Shown here: positions 36,064 through 50,510 of the stretch, in pieces
Numbering within the stretch: the stretch's first letter is position 1
How the letters are laid out: every line of letters starts with the position of its first letter
From: Klebsormidium nitens
Taxonomy: Eukaryota > Plantae > Klebsormidiophyceae
Assembly: GCA_000708835.1 (NCBI GenBank)
Contig: DF236973.1
Span: forward strand, 232,699-296,698
Direction of reading: 5' to 3'
DNA length: 64,000 bases
The notes under the pieces: model-generated
Databases searched by the model: none
The model's input: the letters and a program-made list of their open reading frames with translations, nothing else
What the model was told of the DNA's origin: nothing
Program-made: the position numbers and the translations under genes

Positions 36064-39000
36064 TCAATATGAATCATTAGGAATGTACCGCAAGGGGCTC
36101 GCTCTATACCCCGGTGTCCGTTCTATCGTCTCCTCGAAGTACTGCGTGACATCCGGTGGTGTTCTCATTCGCGGGCCATCCCCGTTTTGCGCTGTGTTTA
36201 ACGCAGGGGCAGGGGTGGGTGGTGGAGGGGTTTTGGGAGTTTGGTCCGGCCTGGCCGGGGGAGCCTCGGCCGGCGGCCGCCGCCGTACGAAACTTGACCA
36301 TAGCATTCGCACTATCGCTACAACAAGAGCCCCGACAGCAGCAACGATTGCGGATAAGAGAGCGTAGCCGAGGATCGGCGTCCCGCCGGCATCGTAGTGG
36401 AAGGGAAGCTCCACACTTTGTCCTGTCTTCTGATTTTTGAAGACGGCTCGGTCGGACAGGGAGGAACCGGGCTGGAGCAGCTTGATCTGCAAAGAAGGGG
36501 TCCCAAACGATTTGAGTGGGGATACCACACAACGGCCGGATCATGACTGTCGATTAAAACCCCTAGAACGGGCTTCCCGAACCAGTCGGTGACATCAACT
36601 TTCTTTCCGGATAAGTGATGCACAGGAGCCAACTCCAGCGCCGACTGTCAGGAAAGATGCAGCTCCCGCAGAAAAGGCAGATCGCACGGGCAACTTACAC
36701 GCTGGTCGGAATTAGTGATCGACAGTGCTAGCCCAACCCGCTTGAGGACGGATTGGAAGAGATATGAGATGAGCACGCGCCTTCTCGACCTTGTTACCGT
36801 ACTGCAGGCCCGAGATAGGGAACGCCGAATGGCAAAGAATATACATGGTAACCGATGCTAAAGCGGTCGCACATCCCCTAACTTTCCTGCTAACAATCCT
36901 ACCCGTTCAGACGAAATGGTGTCTGCATTCAACTTGCAATCCAAGCAGGTTTCAGAAACCCCAAGGGCACTTCCGGAGTTTGATTCAGGTACGGCAGAGC
37001 TCCCCTGCTCTACTTGGATATTGAGATGTTCGAGAGCAACGGGCGGAAGCCCGGGTTAAAAGGCGATGGAAGAAAAGGTGACAACAGGCGCACCTCGTAC
37101 AGGGCCCTCCCGCTCAAGCCGGCAGCCTCCTCGCCTCTGCTGACGCGGCGGATTGCCACTGCGTCTCGGTGGCCCCACGACACGATGACGTCAGCTGCAC
37201 GCAGGATGTCGGGGAAACTGAGTATCCGCAACCAACGCTTATCCTTCTAGGTTCCATAAAAAACGCCTGTGTTCTCCCCCGCCTCGACAATGTTCGAGAA
37301 GCGTTATATGAAAATGAATGGTCGAACAAGTAACAGGGGCAACGGCGGGATCCCCACGCAAATCTGGAGTGGGCGGAAAGGTGTTCTTTAGAAATGTGGC
37401 CACCGTGTTTTCTGCAAACTCAAGATCTGGGGTTCAAACACAAACGCATGCTCGACCTGGCCAGACTAGCGATTGCACAGCGGACCTTACCGCTACTCCA
37501 GGCAGTTGCTGATAAACAACCTACAATTGCTATTCTGATTGTTCCCTTGCCACCACCTGATCAGCAACCTTGCGCCAATTCAAACAAGAGGACCAGGAGA
37601 GAGCACGTCTCTCGCAACGTGAATCAAGAATGTTGCCAGTCAGGGCGAGGCGGCTCACCGGTATTGCCCACGAGGGACACAATGGTCCGGTTGGTGCTCT
37701 TGTACAAGTGGAGCTGCGAGAGAAAAAGAACTGCGCGTGAGCCTCGGAGGTTTCTTAGGGTATATCTGTCTGGTGCAAAAGAGGGCTACTCGCAGGTCAC
37801 CCAGCGGTCGTATCTTTCGATCTTATCCTGTTTGGTTTCTACTTTGAAAGGGGGGTTGTCAACCGTTTCGATGGCCTCTTTTACTAAACCCGAGCGTTCC
37901 GAGCAAGCCGATGCATAGCCCAAATAGAAGCACGACGGATGGTTCAAAAGGAGGAAGCCTGCTTCGGCAAATAGGCCCCGTCAACAGTTGCGGCGGCCTT
38001 CTATAAATGTAACCGTCGTCATTTTCGGACAATAACCCTTACGTGGCCAACAAAGACCTCCACGTAAACCGTCGCCATATCAACAATCTCGTACAGTCCC
38101 TCCCTCTAGCAACCATCCAGCCCCGCTCACCTCCTCGGGGGTGCCTGACGCCAGTGCAAACGCCCCCACGAAACGGAACTCCTCCGGCTGCCCCACAACG
38201 GCCGGAACGGAACCCTTTGCCGGAACGTCCGCTCGGACGCTCCCTCGGACTGTCCCCGTACGGTCCGCAGCGGGCTGCTGCGCGCCGGCCCGACTACGAG
38301 CGATGCTCTCGGGATCTTCCAAGTGAATGACGCAAACGGCCTCGCCGGTCGTCTCGTTCGTTTGGGCGTGACAGTGCCTGCGTGTAGAAATGGCTGAGAT
38401 GAAAATTTGCTTCAGATGGAAGCTTGAGTTCTGCAAAAGGCGGCCTGGCGGCATGCGATGCTATCAAGATCTTCCAAGTGGATAACGCATTCGGCCTCGC
38501 CGGTTGCCTCGTTCTTCTGGGCTTGACAGTGCCTGCGTGTGGTATTCGAAGGATTGAAGATTTGATGTCACTTCTTTGGGGAGTTCAAAGATCAAGGAAT
38601 CAAAACTTGTTTCAAAAACCAAAACCTGCAAAGAGTTGGCGCTGCTGCGAGCGATGCTCTCGGGATCTTCCAGGTGGATGACGCAAAAGGCCTCTCTTCC
38701 CTTTTGAGCGTGACAGTGCCTGCGTGTAGAACCTCTGATTAATTTCACTTGCTTCAGATGGAAGCATAATATCTGCAAACGTCGGCCCGCGACGAAGGAT
38801 GCTCTCGGATCTTCCAGGTGGATGACGCAAAAGGCCTCGCCGGTTGGATTCTGGGCGTAACAGTGCCTGCGTGTAGATACTTCAAAGTCCAAACAGCTAT
38901 TTTTCCTGTGCCTTTTAGAGGGTTGTGAGAGAGGAGCCTGCAAGGGTGGCCCGGCTGCAGGCAATGCGTTCGGCATATTTTAGGACATGACACAACTGGC

Positions 39001-42000
39001 CTTGCCGGTTGTCTCGTTCTTCTGGGCGTGACAGTGCCTGCGTGTGGATATTTGAGAATTGGACAACTGTTTTTCCTGTGCCCTTAAAGCAGTGCGAGGG
39101 TCAAATATGTTAGACTCTGCCCGGCTGCGAGCGATGCTCTCGGGTTCTTCCAAGTGAATGACGCAAACAGCCTTGCCAGATGTTTCGTTCTTCTGGGCGT
39201 GACAGTGCTGCGTGTGGATACTTATAGTTTGAAAAGCTGGTTTTCCTGTGCCTTTACGGGGGTGTGAGAGTGGACTCTGCAAGCCCGAGGCCGCGTCAGC
39301 GCCAAGAAGGATCTGAATTTACCGACGCATTGGGCATGGTGCAGCTGAAAAGCTTCAGTCGTTGCTTGCGCAGTACCCCATCAAACTTTAAGAGTCGGTG
39401 CCATAAGGGTATGCTTTCCAGTAACAAAAGGGTAACGACTATCTTTGCGGATTACGGTGTAATCGTCCTTGAAATCGGGTTGAATGAAGAGAACGGTGAA
39501 TCTGCCAATTGTATCTTTCCCGGAGCCTTCAGGAACGAGCTGGCTGCGGGCAATGCGTTTGGGATCCTCCAGGATATGACGCAGACGGCTTCGCTGCTTG
39601 TCTACCTCTCTTGCGCGTGCGTGTGCCTCCGTGTTGTAATTGTCAAAGGAAATTTGAGCCTCTAAGGGAGCGTGAATGCGAAGTCTGAAAGACTCGGCCC
39701 GTCTACATACGATCCAACTGTCCTCCAAATAGATGACGCAGACAACCTCCCCGGTTGTCTCGTTCTTCTGAACATGACTGTGCCGGTGTAAAAGTTGCCC
39801 GGGTTTGAGGGTATAGTTTCTTGTGCCATAGGGTTTATGACAATTTCTATGACGCTTGGTCACTGCAAGACTTCTGGTTCTACGCTTCTTCTTCTGTCTA
39901 CGCCTTTTTACAATTACCTCTTGCAATCCTGCGCCCCCCTCCTTATCGAGCCCTTTCTATTCTGTGCCGTCCTGGTTGAAATGTCAAATGTATGGATGAG
40001 AAGCCGGCGTCAAACAATCCAACAATGAAGCATAAACTTGGCAGGCCGCAAGGAGCCTTGAAGAATAAATGCAGAGCTCATGCAAGCGGTATGATCAAGC
40101 GCATACGCGGCTTACCCAAGGTAAGAAGGCGACAGGTGGCACTCGAACGGAGCGACTGCAGCGACGACCGGGGCCCCGATCTCCTGACCACTGGCGTCCC
40201 TGTTGGAGCGATACGGTGTTTTTCAGCACTCAATAGACCTTAAGAAGGACTTTAGCTTGCAATCACTCAGGATCGAAGAAGCTCTGCGTCTATCGCTGAA
40301 TAACTGGAGGTCAGAGGGTAGTCTTTTGGTCTGAAGGAGGTATGTTGAAGCAGCGCATGGGTCCCATTGGGGCTTCAGTGCTCTGGAGAGTTCTGGCTCT
40401 GCTGGATGCACGAGCAATGCCCCTTCATACGAGATATCTGACGGCGTTATTGCTTCGGGAAGAAAGTAGAAATCAAAGGATGTCATCCGCACATCGCACC
40501 CTATCAGGATCTCAACAAGGAGCGGTGTCTTACCGGAACGTGACGGGGAACGCGTACTCGGCATCGGGGCGGGCGTTTGTGAGGAACGGAACTTCCGCTG
40601 GGGGGCTGACGGAAACCGCCGCTACCGGAACGACGGTGACACTGGTGTAGGTGGTCAGATGGGACCCGTTGAAATGCACTGCAGCGGGGGTATCGGTGCT
40701 TCAGTGCCAGGTCGTGTATTTTGCAAGTTGCGTGAATGTTAGTCACATGAGATGTGTGTTAGAACCTGATCAGCGACTTCGATACAACTCTTCTTTTATT
40801 GGTATGTGCATTCCCCATTCAGAGAAAGAAGGAAGACCAGACTCGGGGAGTCTGATGCTGGAAGCTGTAAGATCTAGAGTAGGATAGTCGGATGGAACTC
40901 GATGGAGGCTTTCCACTGTGAGGGTTGGAGAAGCGTACAGTTGTGAGGCTGCCTGTTAAAACTGCCTCACCATTTCAATCCTTCGCTGACAATCCTAAAC
41001 AGCAGACGACAAGAGCGAATTGAATCGGGGACTATTCCAATATAGTCTGTCGAAACAAAGGAGGCTTCAGAAGCGGACTTCTTACTTGAAAGGGAGAAGG
41101 GAGTTGGTAAAGTCTTTCTTACCCGTCGTACTGCCAGGCCCGACCGCAACTGCCTCCCCTGAAAATGGGTCAATCCTGACCACGACCGCGTCCCTGCTGG
41201 ACCACCGGCCCTCCTCCCTTAACCCGCCCGCTGACCCGCCCATCCCGGCCGTAAACCGGATTCTTGACCCGAGATGCATAAACGGCTCCCGGGGGCTCAC
41301 GTACGCTCCCACTCGAACGACCAAAAAGTCCGTCACGTCCGGATCCGATGCCAGGTGTACCTGCACAAAGCAGATGCAATTCGTCACCTTTCGAGTCCAC
41401 AAAGATCCTGTAAACCGAAGGGGCAGATAAAGGCCCATGTATGGTCTTTCAAGGCAACAGAACCAATTGCCAGCTTGGAAACGTCAAAGTAGAACGCACA
41501 CATTCGCCTAGAGCTGCAGTATACCTGGCGTGTCTGGGCCGCAAATGCGACGGCTGAAGAGAGCCAAGCATCTTCCGGTCAACGGAAAACATTCCTTTTG
41601 TTGTTCGCGTTTTATTCTAGGTTTGGTTCACGAGAAGAATTGAAAGCGTTATTAAGAACTGGAAAGCAGCTACTCCAATCGCCACTCAACGGTCGTTCTG
41701 GTGTCGTCAACGAGCGAAAGCGTCAAGTTCTTAAACATCGAAAACAGCTGTGAGATACTTTCCAGGACTTACCCTGATCAGAGCACTCCCCTGCTTCAGG
41801 GCCTTAACCACGACCTGGGTTTGCGTAACCCTGATATCACCAGTGGGCACCAGCTGGCTGTCCACGTGGACGGCCACGATGTCGGGGTGGTTGGCCTCCA
41901 CGTGGAGGGGGATCCCCGCAGCTTCGAAGAATGGGGCGCCAAACTCGTCCTGAGGGGTGACGATGAAAACTTGGGTAGCGCCAACGGAGAGCTCGACGGA

Positions 42001-45000
42001 GTGCCATGGAAAGGAGTCGTCGCCTACTGTCATCTGCAGGCCAAAGGGATCGGACTGTGAAGGGAACGGAACGAGCACGGAACGGACCGAGCGCTGAACG
42101 GAACAAAGGCGGTTACATGGCTGGAAGCGATGGCGGAAACGTTGCTAAGGGTCGGGAAAGAGAAGGTCAAAGAGGAGAGCTTGCCTGAAACTTCAGCTGC
42201 AACAGATCTGGAACGGACTAATTTGTCTGTACATTCAACTGGATAGCGCAGGCAATTTCCTGAGCAGAAGTACGTTTTACGAGGCTCATGAAGGTAGACT
42301 CTAATCGGCACATCCTCTGAACGATTTGAAATGTTGATTTCGTAGGCCACCTCGGGGCTGCCTTCTTGCGCACTTAGGAGTTATGGTCGCAAGGATGTTC
42401 ATTGCACGCAAGAAGAGGGTATTCTCACCTGAGCGATCTCCGCCACTCTCACACAGGCCGCCAGGCCCGCCCTCCCCGTGCTCCGCACCCTGGCGTGAAT
42501 ACACTCTACGTCCGGTCGAGACCCAGTTTGCAGCTTGCCCTCGTCCAGCAGCTTAACCACGTAGTTATCTGCCTGGTTAGGCGGCGGACAGCTCTGAAGC
42601 AACGAGTAGACAGTCGTCTCCGGCCCACAGCACTGGTAGAAGGGGAGGGCGAACGTGGTTTCGTAATGGGGGGGCAAAAGCCAGGTCGCGCAGCACCCCC
42701 TGTTCACGGGAACATCGCCCAGGACTACGACGTCAGCAGACGCGTTGTACTGCACCGGGGGGGTTCCTGGCGGTCCATAGCGGCAGCTGAAGGTAAGGCT
42801 AACCGTGGTTTTGCCGGGGGCTTTGCCTGCGAACCGGACGCTAAACCCGGGGTCCAGTTCGTCCCCTCGCTTGGCCTCCGGAACCTCTAGAGAATCCGGC
42901 TTCAGCAGTTGGAGCACCTCTGGATCTCCAACCGACCAGCGGTACCCGTAGCAAACTTGCGCGAATGACATTAGGTCCTCGCTCGGTTCCCCCCCCTCGG
43001 GAAAGACGTCTATTTCCTCCCCCACGCCCAGACGCCCAGTCCCCGCGTGCAAACCCGCCTTGACCAGCTTCCTAACCACCACGGTCATTGTTGCTTCACT
43101 CAAAACTTCGCCAGAAGCAGAACGCGCCACGGCCCTGATCTCGGCTTGACCCTCCTTTTCTCCTCGAACCGAACCCGAAAGCGGGTCGACCGAAACGACG
43201 GTCGGGTTGGAACTAGACAGGGAGATTTGAGCGTTGGCGCTGGGACCCCCCTGGACCTGAATGGCGTAGTCTGCGCCGGGTGCTAGGATCAGTTCGGGGG
43301 GGTGGAGGGAGAGGGGGGCGTAGACAGAGACTCGGACGAACTTGCTCTCGATCACACGGCCAGAGACGCTGCGGACAGTAACCTGCGAGGAGAGGGAACG
43401 AATGAGGGTCGGTATGTGCTGCTTCGAGTTACTCGGATAGGCTCTGAATACCGGAGAATGAAACGGATTCATTGCTCACAGTGATACGCTTTTGAAAATC
43501 CGAGACAGTCTCACAGGTTTATTTTTTAGCAGCCCTACAAGAAGCTCCTTCCAACACGATAGCGGTGACAGATGGGTGAGAGGCCCTGGTTGGCCAAGGC
43601 GAAACTTCGGAAAAGGCCGGCTTCTGTTTCCCAAGAAAGTCAAACAAGCACCTAGAAAAGGACAGCGCGCTTGGCGGCTCAATGCTTCACTACAAGCAGA
43701 CAGTATTTCAGTACCTCAGACATCCCACCCCAACTCGAGCGCACTTCTTGAGCGAGAGCAAGGGCATATGGTACATCCTACAAATACCAGGGATGACAAG
43801 GGAGTCTGATCAGTCGAGTAAAATGGAAACGTGTCATCGCTACGACACGACTCATATGAGTACAGTGACATAAGAGACACGCGGGATAGATAGCGTTTTG
43901 AAGCGCCTTACATGGAAGAGTGTCGTCCCAACGGTCCTTCCCTCGATCACGAACTCGTTCGGCGCCGTGTTTGGGACGTTCAAAAGCGCCACTGTCTCGT
44001 CCGAAACATGGACCTTCAGATCGAGGTACGCAAACTGCGACGCATCGAACGGACGGCCCAGATCGTCCGTCGCCTCCACAGCGACAGTCAGATTGGCGCC
44101 CACTTGCAGGATGAGGTCATCGCTGACCAGCACCTTAACCGAGGCCACGTCAGTCACGGCGACGACGGCCGATGCGCTTGTCGGATGCTCCAAACCTACG
44201 TCCTTAACCCGGATTTCCGCCACACCAAAGTCTTTTGGTGCAACTTCAAGGGTCTTCCCGGCAGACGTTGGGAGGATCTCGGCGACCTGGGAGTCGTTGC
44301 TCGCTGCTTGAATGTCGCTGGTTCCACCTATGACCCTCAGAGTAACCTTTGCCGCTGGGTGGTTAAGCAGGAGCGCAAATCGCGGCTCTAACCGCAGCGC
44401 CGACACCAGCTGCAGTGTTGCAGCGTCCACTAATTCTTTCCTCCGAACCTCGTTTTCAACTTCGTGCACGACCTCCCTAGGTAAGCTCTTAACCCTGGCC
44501 CGGTTTCGGTCTAACCCGACCACAGTTGCCCGGACCACGCACTTGCCAGACTTATCCCCGAGCAGAAGGCCCCTCTCCCAGTCGCTCGCTAACCCGGATT
44601 CTAAACCCGACTCTGGGAGACTCGCCCACTGGGCTCCCTCGCAGCCGTCCAGGTCCCAGTCTAGGGTTAATGATTCCGCACTTGAGAAGGGGTTAAATTC
44701 CGGGTCAAGGGCCACCGCCGCGACTCGGATCAGGCGGTTGTTGATCACTTGGTGGGTGATGGCGTGCATGCCGCTGGCGTCGCGCTCGAGGCTGGCGAAG
44801 GTGCGGATGGCGGGAAGGGAGTTGTCTGGTAAAGAAAACAAAGGCTGACATCAGTACCTTGAAAACAATTGGCGAAGCATAGGATCCATCGATGCAAGAC
44901 TGCGGTCAAGGCAGGCGGAATGAAGAGGACATAAAGGAACAAGGTGAAGGATGTTGACGAAACCATGCTCGATCGGTCTACAGGATGCGCACAAAGCAAG

Positions 45001-48000
45001 CGAGACGACACGAGTGGCAGCACGCTCATTGCGAACCTGAGTCCGAGAGCACAGTCTACGGGTAAGCGGCTACGGGCCAGATAGATTGTGTGAAAATAGC
45101 ACGCCCCGCTTGTTGGAGGCTGCAAATTTGCAGGAGGAAAGAATGGTGGCGGAGTCGGTATGGCTGACCTCGTTCGTCGATGAGAAGGGTAATGGCGGCC
45201 GGCAGAGCGCAGTGGACTGTGAGGTTGGCCTCAGCGGCGCCCCTGTTGAACGAAATCGACTGAAAGCAAGAGAAGCAACAAGGACAACCTCAGTGCCCGC
45301 GGCTGACAAAGCAGGGACTTGTTGTGACGGTTTGAATTGTTCTTTCGCAATCTTCGGAGGAAAACCCAAAATTTTGCTGATGCCTACAGGTAGCTGAAGC
45401 ATTCCACAAAGAACGGGAGACTCGCCCAGCTTCATGAATAGACGTCGCTTGTCAAGAATGAAACAATCCGCACCCTACAGAAAAAGACTTTTCCTTCAAG
45501 ATTGCAGTGCGTAAGCAAGCAGTCAGAAGAAAGCAGACCCCGCTGATAGACAGGGCAATAACGCAGCGCAAGGACTGACAATACTTCCACGCATAAAGAG
45601 AGCGGATACTTGGCGAGACAAGCAGTCCTGACCTGCGTCCCCAGCTTAGTGCACGTCAGTTCGTACGTCCGACTCCCGCCAGCGTCCGACGGTCCGATCT
45701 GCTGCACCGTCAAGCCGTCCCCCGAGACCCTGGCCCCTTCCGCAAACGCCTCGCTCCCCCGTCTCTCCGGACCCCCCTTCGTCCGCACTTTCACGGTGCT
45801 CCCGGGGGGCATCTTTACCTCGTGAATCACCTCCCCCCTCGGGACGGTGTACCCCCCCACGCCGGTTCCGTTGTCCGCTCGCTCCAAAACCAGCGGACTG
45901 TACACCGACACCACCCACTCCGTCGCGAGTCTCCGGGGGGCGCCTTCAGGCAGGTAATCCACCCCCCGTTCTTGCATCTCTCGGCGCAGCGCCTCCGCCG
46001 GCTCGAGATCCAGAACGGCGGACACTCTTGCGAGGCCGGGGGCGACCGCCCACCAGACGTGAGACGCACAGGCGTCGCCTTGGATGGCTCCCATGGCTCT
46101 GCGCAACTTTTCTAAGGCGTTTGAGGGAGGTACGGACGAAGTGAGCGGGGTCGGGGGGCTAGAGGGATCCCCCGGCTGGGCAGGCCGGGCAGGGACGGCG
46201 TGCCACGTGACAAAGCGGGCTGCAGCGGTGCAGTTGTCGTATTCGTGACCTGAAGAGGAGCAGAAAAATATTAGGCGTAACGTTCTTAGTTTTGATACGA
46301 GTATCAGATACCACAGCGCAGGGCTTTGTAGAACAGAAGCGCTAATCACTTACAGAAATGCACTTCTTGTGCAAAAAGTCTGTGTACCTGAGGGGGCTGA
46401 ACTTTCCCCAGCACCTAAAGGATTCATGTAACCGAAAGACAGACGTAAGCAGCAGAGAATCCCACCTTCCCCGTCTAGCAACTTGACAGCCGCAGGCGCC
46501 GCGTCTCCTACTTGCAAATCCATTGGAAGGGAAGGCACTTGCTGAAGGCTCGCCGGCACAGAGACAGTCACAACCGTCGACGCCAGGTTGAGCTCGTCCA
46601 ATGCAGCAGCGGCGAAAATCCGGGTCCGGCCCACGCCTACAGCCCGAACAGTCCCGTCCAGATCGACGGTGGCGATGGAAGGGTTTTCACTGAACCAGTT
46701 ATAGCCCAAGTCGCAGCCTGCAGAGGTGATTGCTTTGGTTGGTGCCCGTCCTACAAGCGACTTTGAATTGAGAAGAGTCCAGTCGATACCTTCAACAAAG
46801 ACTCACAGCAAGACCTTCTGACTCCGAAACTCTGGCAGCGTCCCCGCACTCTAGCTTCTCGTCCGGATGAAGTAAGCCTTTCAAAAACTCAACTTCCGAC
46901 TAAGAATGTTAACAGTGAAGGTCACTTACGACACAACTCCAACCTGATACATTCAAGAAAACACGAATGCACAGACCTGGAACAGCAGAGCGCTCTTCCT
47001 AAGCCACATAGAGGTTCACAAATCGTACCTCCTGAGGCCCGCAAAGTGTATTCCTGGGCACCCCCTGGCAGCCAAGGCATGCGCAGCGCGTCCCTTTCCA
47101 CCTTCACCGGAGCGCACACGCGCACCTCCTGCTCCGCCTCCAAAACGCTCTGGGGTCCCGGAACCCAGGCGCTGCTAACCGCGTCCCTAACCATGTTTCC
47201 AAAAATGAGCGCCGCCGAGAGCGTCCCCGCCCCCTCTTGCAGGGCCTCTAGGACCGTCGCATTCACCCAGCCCTTCTCGCGGGCCTCGGAAGCCGACACT
47301 GGCCGCGTGATCCACGCAGGGATGTTGTCGAAGTTTAGGCGGAGGTCCACGTCTTGCGATAGAACCAAAGGCTGCTTCCCGGAGTCTTTCGAGAACGCCG
47401 CCACTTGGATGAGGTACTTTCGGCCCTCGACGATCTGCCATGTGCCGTCTGACTTCTTTGGTTGCAGTGCGCGCGAGGACACCGAGCGGGCGAGCCCCGC
47501 GTTCACACCGAGGGGTTGCAAAGAGAGGACTAGCCTCGTGGGAACGACCACCTTCAGGAGGGAGGTTTGGGAGTGGTCCTCGACTCGGACGTCCGTTACA
47601 GTGACGTGCGCGTGTCCGAGTGTGTGCGCAAGAACGCGGCCAGTGTTGGAATCGATTGAGGCGACTGTGGCGTTGTCTATGGACCATTTGTAGTAGGGGG
47701 AGGGCAGCGTGACGGTAGTGCCTGGGAGAGAGATAGGAAAGGGGGTAGGACTTGAGAAGTTGACTGAGTATGCAATCGGCAGAGTCGTAAATAATGTTTT
47801 GTGTGAATGCGACGAGAGAGGTTGGACCCAAGTACTGGTATATGGTGTTGGCAGGACGATCAAAGTGCTTTTGATCCTGTTATTCTAGACAGGCAAGTCC
47901 GAAGCCGGTCTTCACTTTTGTGTAAGCTTTCTTTGCGGACTTCAAACGACCAGGTGTGCGATGACGAGCGAGATAAGTGTCAAGAGACAGCGTAGACTCA

Positions 48001-50510
48001 GTCAGAGACTTGACAAGGACGAAAGTCGATATGTACCACCGTACTAGCCGGACATCTCGAAAAGGCTTGGGCGCTGCAATCAATCAGGTCTAAAGCAGGC
48101 CTCTCACCTTCTGGTTTGTCTGGCCGGTAAGTAACAATTTTGTAGTCGAGCCGCGTGCCGGGGATGATGAACACGGGGCTCGGGGGCAGAAGGGAGAACG
48201 CCTCCGCAACTGTCAGCGCCACGCTGTGCTCCAGGGCCGGGAAACTGGGTTCCACTAACTGCGCGCTAACCTGCTCTTTACCAGCCTCTACGCCCCTGAC
48301 CACAAAGAGGTCAGACCAGAGCTCCTGCAGGGAGGAGGCGTGGCATTGAAAACGAACCCTGGCCTTTTGACTGAACATGTTGCGCGATATCTTGTTCGGC
48401 AATTCTGCCAACCCGCTTGATGACTCGGAGCTCAACCAGACTGAAAGAATCGTGTTTCTACGAGTTACCTGCTATGTTCTCTGCTTTGTTTTCAAGTGCT
48501 TCAATGTCTAAGGAGAGCTTCCTAATCTCAAAGTAAGCAAGCAAGGGGCGCATTGACTTGCCCGGACTCAATCATGGGAATTGAAAGCCTCAAGTGACCG
48601 TTGAAGAATTTATAGGCATGCTTCCAGATTTTTGATAACTCGTCATGTTTGCAAGTGACACAGATTCTAAGATATGACAATCCCAATCACACTACACCCT
48701 TACCCCTTCCTCGATCTCTATCCGCACCCACACGTCCCCGCAGTCACAGCCACAGCCGCTCAGTGCCGTCTCCTTGAGCGGCACATGCCTCAGCCTGTGC
48801 ACCGTGCCGTCCGCTCGCAGGGGGGTGGACGTCCAGGCGAATTGCAGCCCAATCAGCGACGAGAACACGTTGTCTGCAGAAGTGAAGCAGCATAGGACGT
48901 CTCGAAAGGGCAGATTGATCTCCACCATTGAGTGGATGTTCTGGGAAAAAGTAAGTCACATACAGGGCGCAAGCAGTAGCCGACAAAGTCGCTGCGATCA
49001 GATTCACCATGTAACGAATCTGTTCAGTACAAAGATACGCCATCAATCGTGTAGAACGCTCCGAAGAGATTGCAATTTTCTAGTTTCATAACGAATTTCC
49101 TCAAGGAGCCAAAGCTGGTTACTTGGTGAAGGGAGTGATCTCGGAGAGACTCTTCAGGCTCAGGAAGGCCATCACCATGGTAGATCTGATGGGACTACAG
49201 GCAAAACGTGTAGAATCGAGTCCTCAAAGCGACTCATATGTCTCAGGAGCTCTGGGAGAGGTCTCATGAACAAACGAATGCTCCTTCGTATGCTTCCATA
49301 CTGAACATATCAAAAGGCTCAGAAAGTGGCCTTTGACCTCCAAGAACACATATAATTGCAACCACCGTACCTTCTGCATCAAACGCACGTATCTGCAGCG
49401 TGGCGAGCCCCTCGAGGTCGATCTTCAGCACCGTGTGGAAGATTGCGATCCTGCTGATCTTGTCAATGACGACCTCGCACCGCAGCACCCGCCCTGTCTT
49501 CTGGTCCCTGGCGTGGACAGCAGTTGTTCTGCGGCCACTGTAGGGCGCCTTGGACGTGATGGTCACACTTGTGGAGCAGCCAGGAATGCTGCTGTTGTAC
49601 TCTGGCTCGATGTCGAGCAGGTCGTTGTGATCCACAGACCTGAGCAAAGGGGAATTGTCAGGCCACAGTAAAATATACAATAAAAGTGCTGTACAGGTAC
49701 GTTGTGGGGGATATCGGTGGTGGTGGCACATCGGTGGAAATAGACTGGTGCAGGATGGTGGTGTGGTGGTTGTAGAAGGTGCAAAATGGTGGGAAAAAAA
49801 ACAAGTGTGGTGCCGACTGTAGACTAGCCAAGCAACGAGAAACTTCTGAGGAATGAGTGGAAGAGCAAAAGGAATCTTTGAGAGGAGGGTAAGTACGTTC
49901 CGTGACCAAAGAATGCCAACCAGAAACGTCATAGATGAAAATGAACAATAGTGAGATAGTAGCGCGTTGATCAACCTGCTGTTGTGCAAAATGCGAGTCC
50001 AGTTTGATTGAAGAATATCTTAGAACTTTACTGAAATTTCTTCAGAAAGACGAAGCAAAGAAAAACAAACTATACGAATTGTGGAGTCTATGCTTCGCCA
50101 CATTTGAGTCTGCCTTTGATAGGAAAGTTGCTCGCTGTCCCGCTATGACAACTGATGCAAACACAATCAAAATGCTGCAAACAACTCGATAGAAGCCCCA
50201 AACATCATGACGGCTCTGGTATTTATTGCCCTTGGTTTGCACCACCTCTAATCAGAACAAAGCTTTTAAAAGACATACATAACGGGCCCAAAGGTCCTCA
50301 CCAATCAAAGCAGCCGTTTGACCCCGCCAGTCTATACCGCACAGGGTTCGTGGCTCGGGGTGGCAAAAGCAGGTTGAGGTTGCTGATCTGCGGCCCTTCC
50401 GCAATCACCCCACCAAACAATGCCACTGATTGCAGAGCGCAGAGTATCATGCAAATTATCCATTTCCGCCCTGAGGCCATCGCTAATTTCCGAGGGTCGT
50501 CCTTCCACAT
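36064..50510 (-). CDS. NUP210: Nuclear pore membrane glycoprotein GP210/NUP210
   Basis: Exon 1 (50302-50510) encodes a signal peptide and GPQISNLNLLLPP...VRYRLAGSNGCFDW. Exon 49371-49639 encodes SVDHNDLL.IEPEYN...RCEVVIDKISRIAIFH...LQIRAFD. Both match plant GP210 as I recall it. Many Ig-like beta-rich exons follow between 40.4 and 48.9 kb. The phase-consistent 3' chain is 40116-40199, 38131-38377, 37659-37713, 37094-37194 and 36064-36486. It ends with a C-terminal TM helix and RTPPDVTQYFEETIERTPGYR, resembling the plant GP210 tail RTP...YV.RTIDETPYY. Confidence 0.95.
38290..39790 (-). repeat. Acceptor-plus-exon-start tandem array in a NUP210 intron (functional copy plus about 7 decayed copies)
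   Basis: ACACGCAG|GCACTGT...TGCGTCAT.CAC.TGGAAGA recurs at the functional acceptor (exon starts 38377) and near 38532, 38720, 38870, 39040, 39210, 39620 and 39785, all within intron 38378-40115. Confidence 0.92.

Noticed and set aside
38290-39790. CRISPR-like repeat-spacer appearance
   Set aside because: Units are long, diverged copies of the host exon border including the intervening intron sequence. There are no invariant short repeats with unique spacers, no cas genes, and the context is eukaryotic.
41020-47995. Plus-strand and alternative-frame ORFs over NUP210 (for example 47046-47693 and 44312-44848)
   Set aside because: Shadow ORFs of real GP210 exons.
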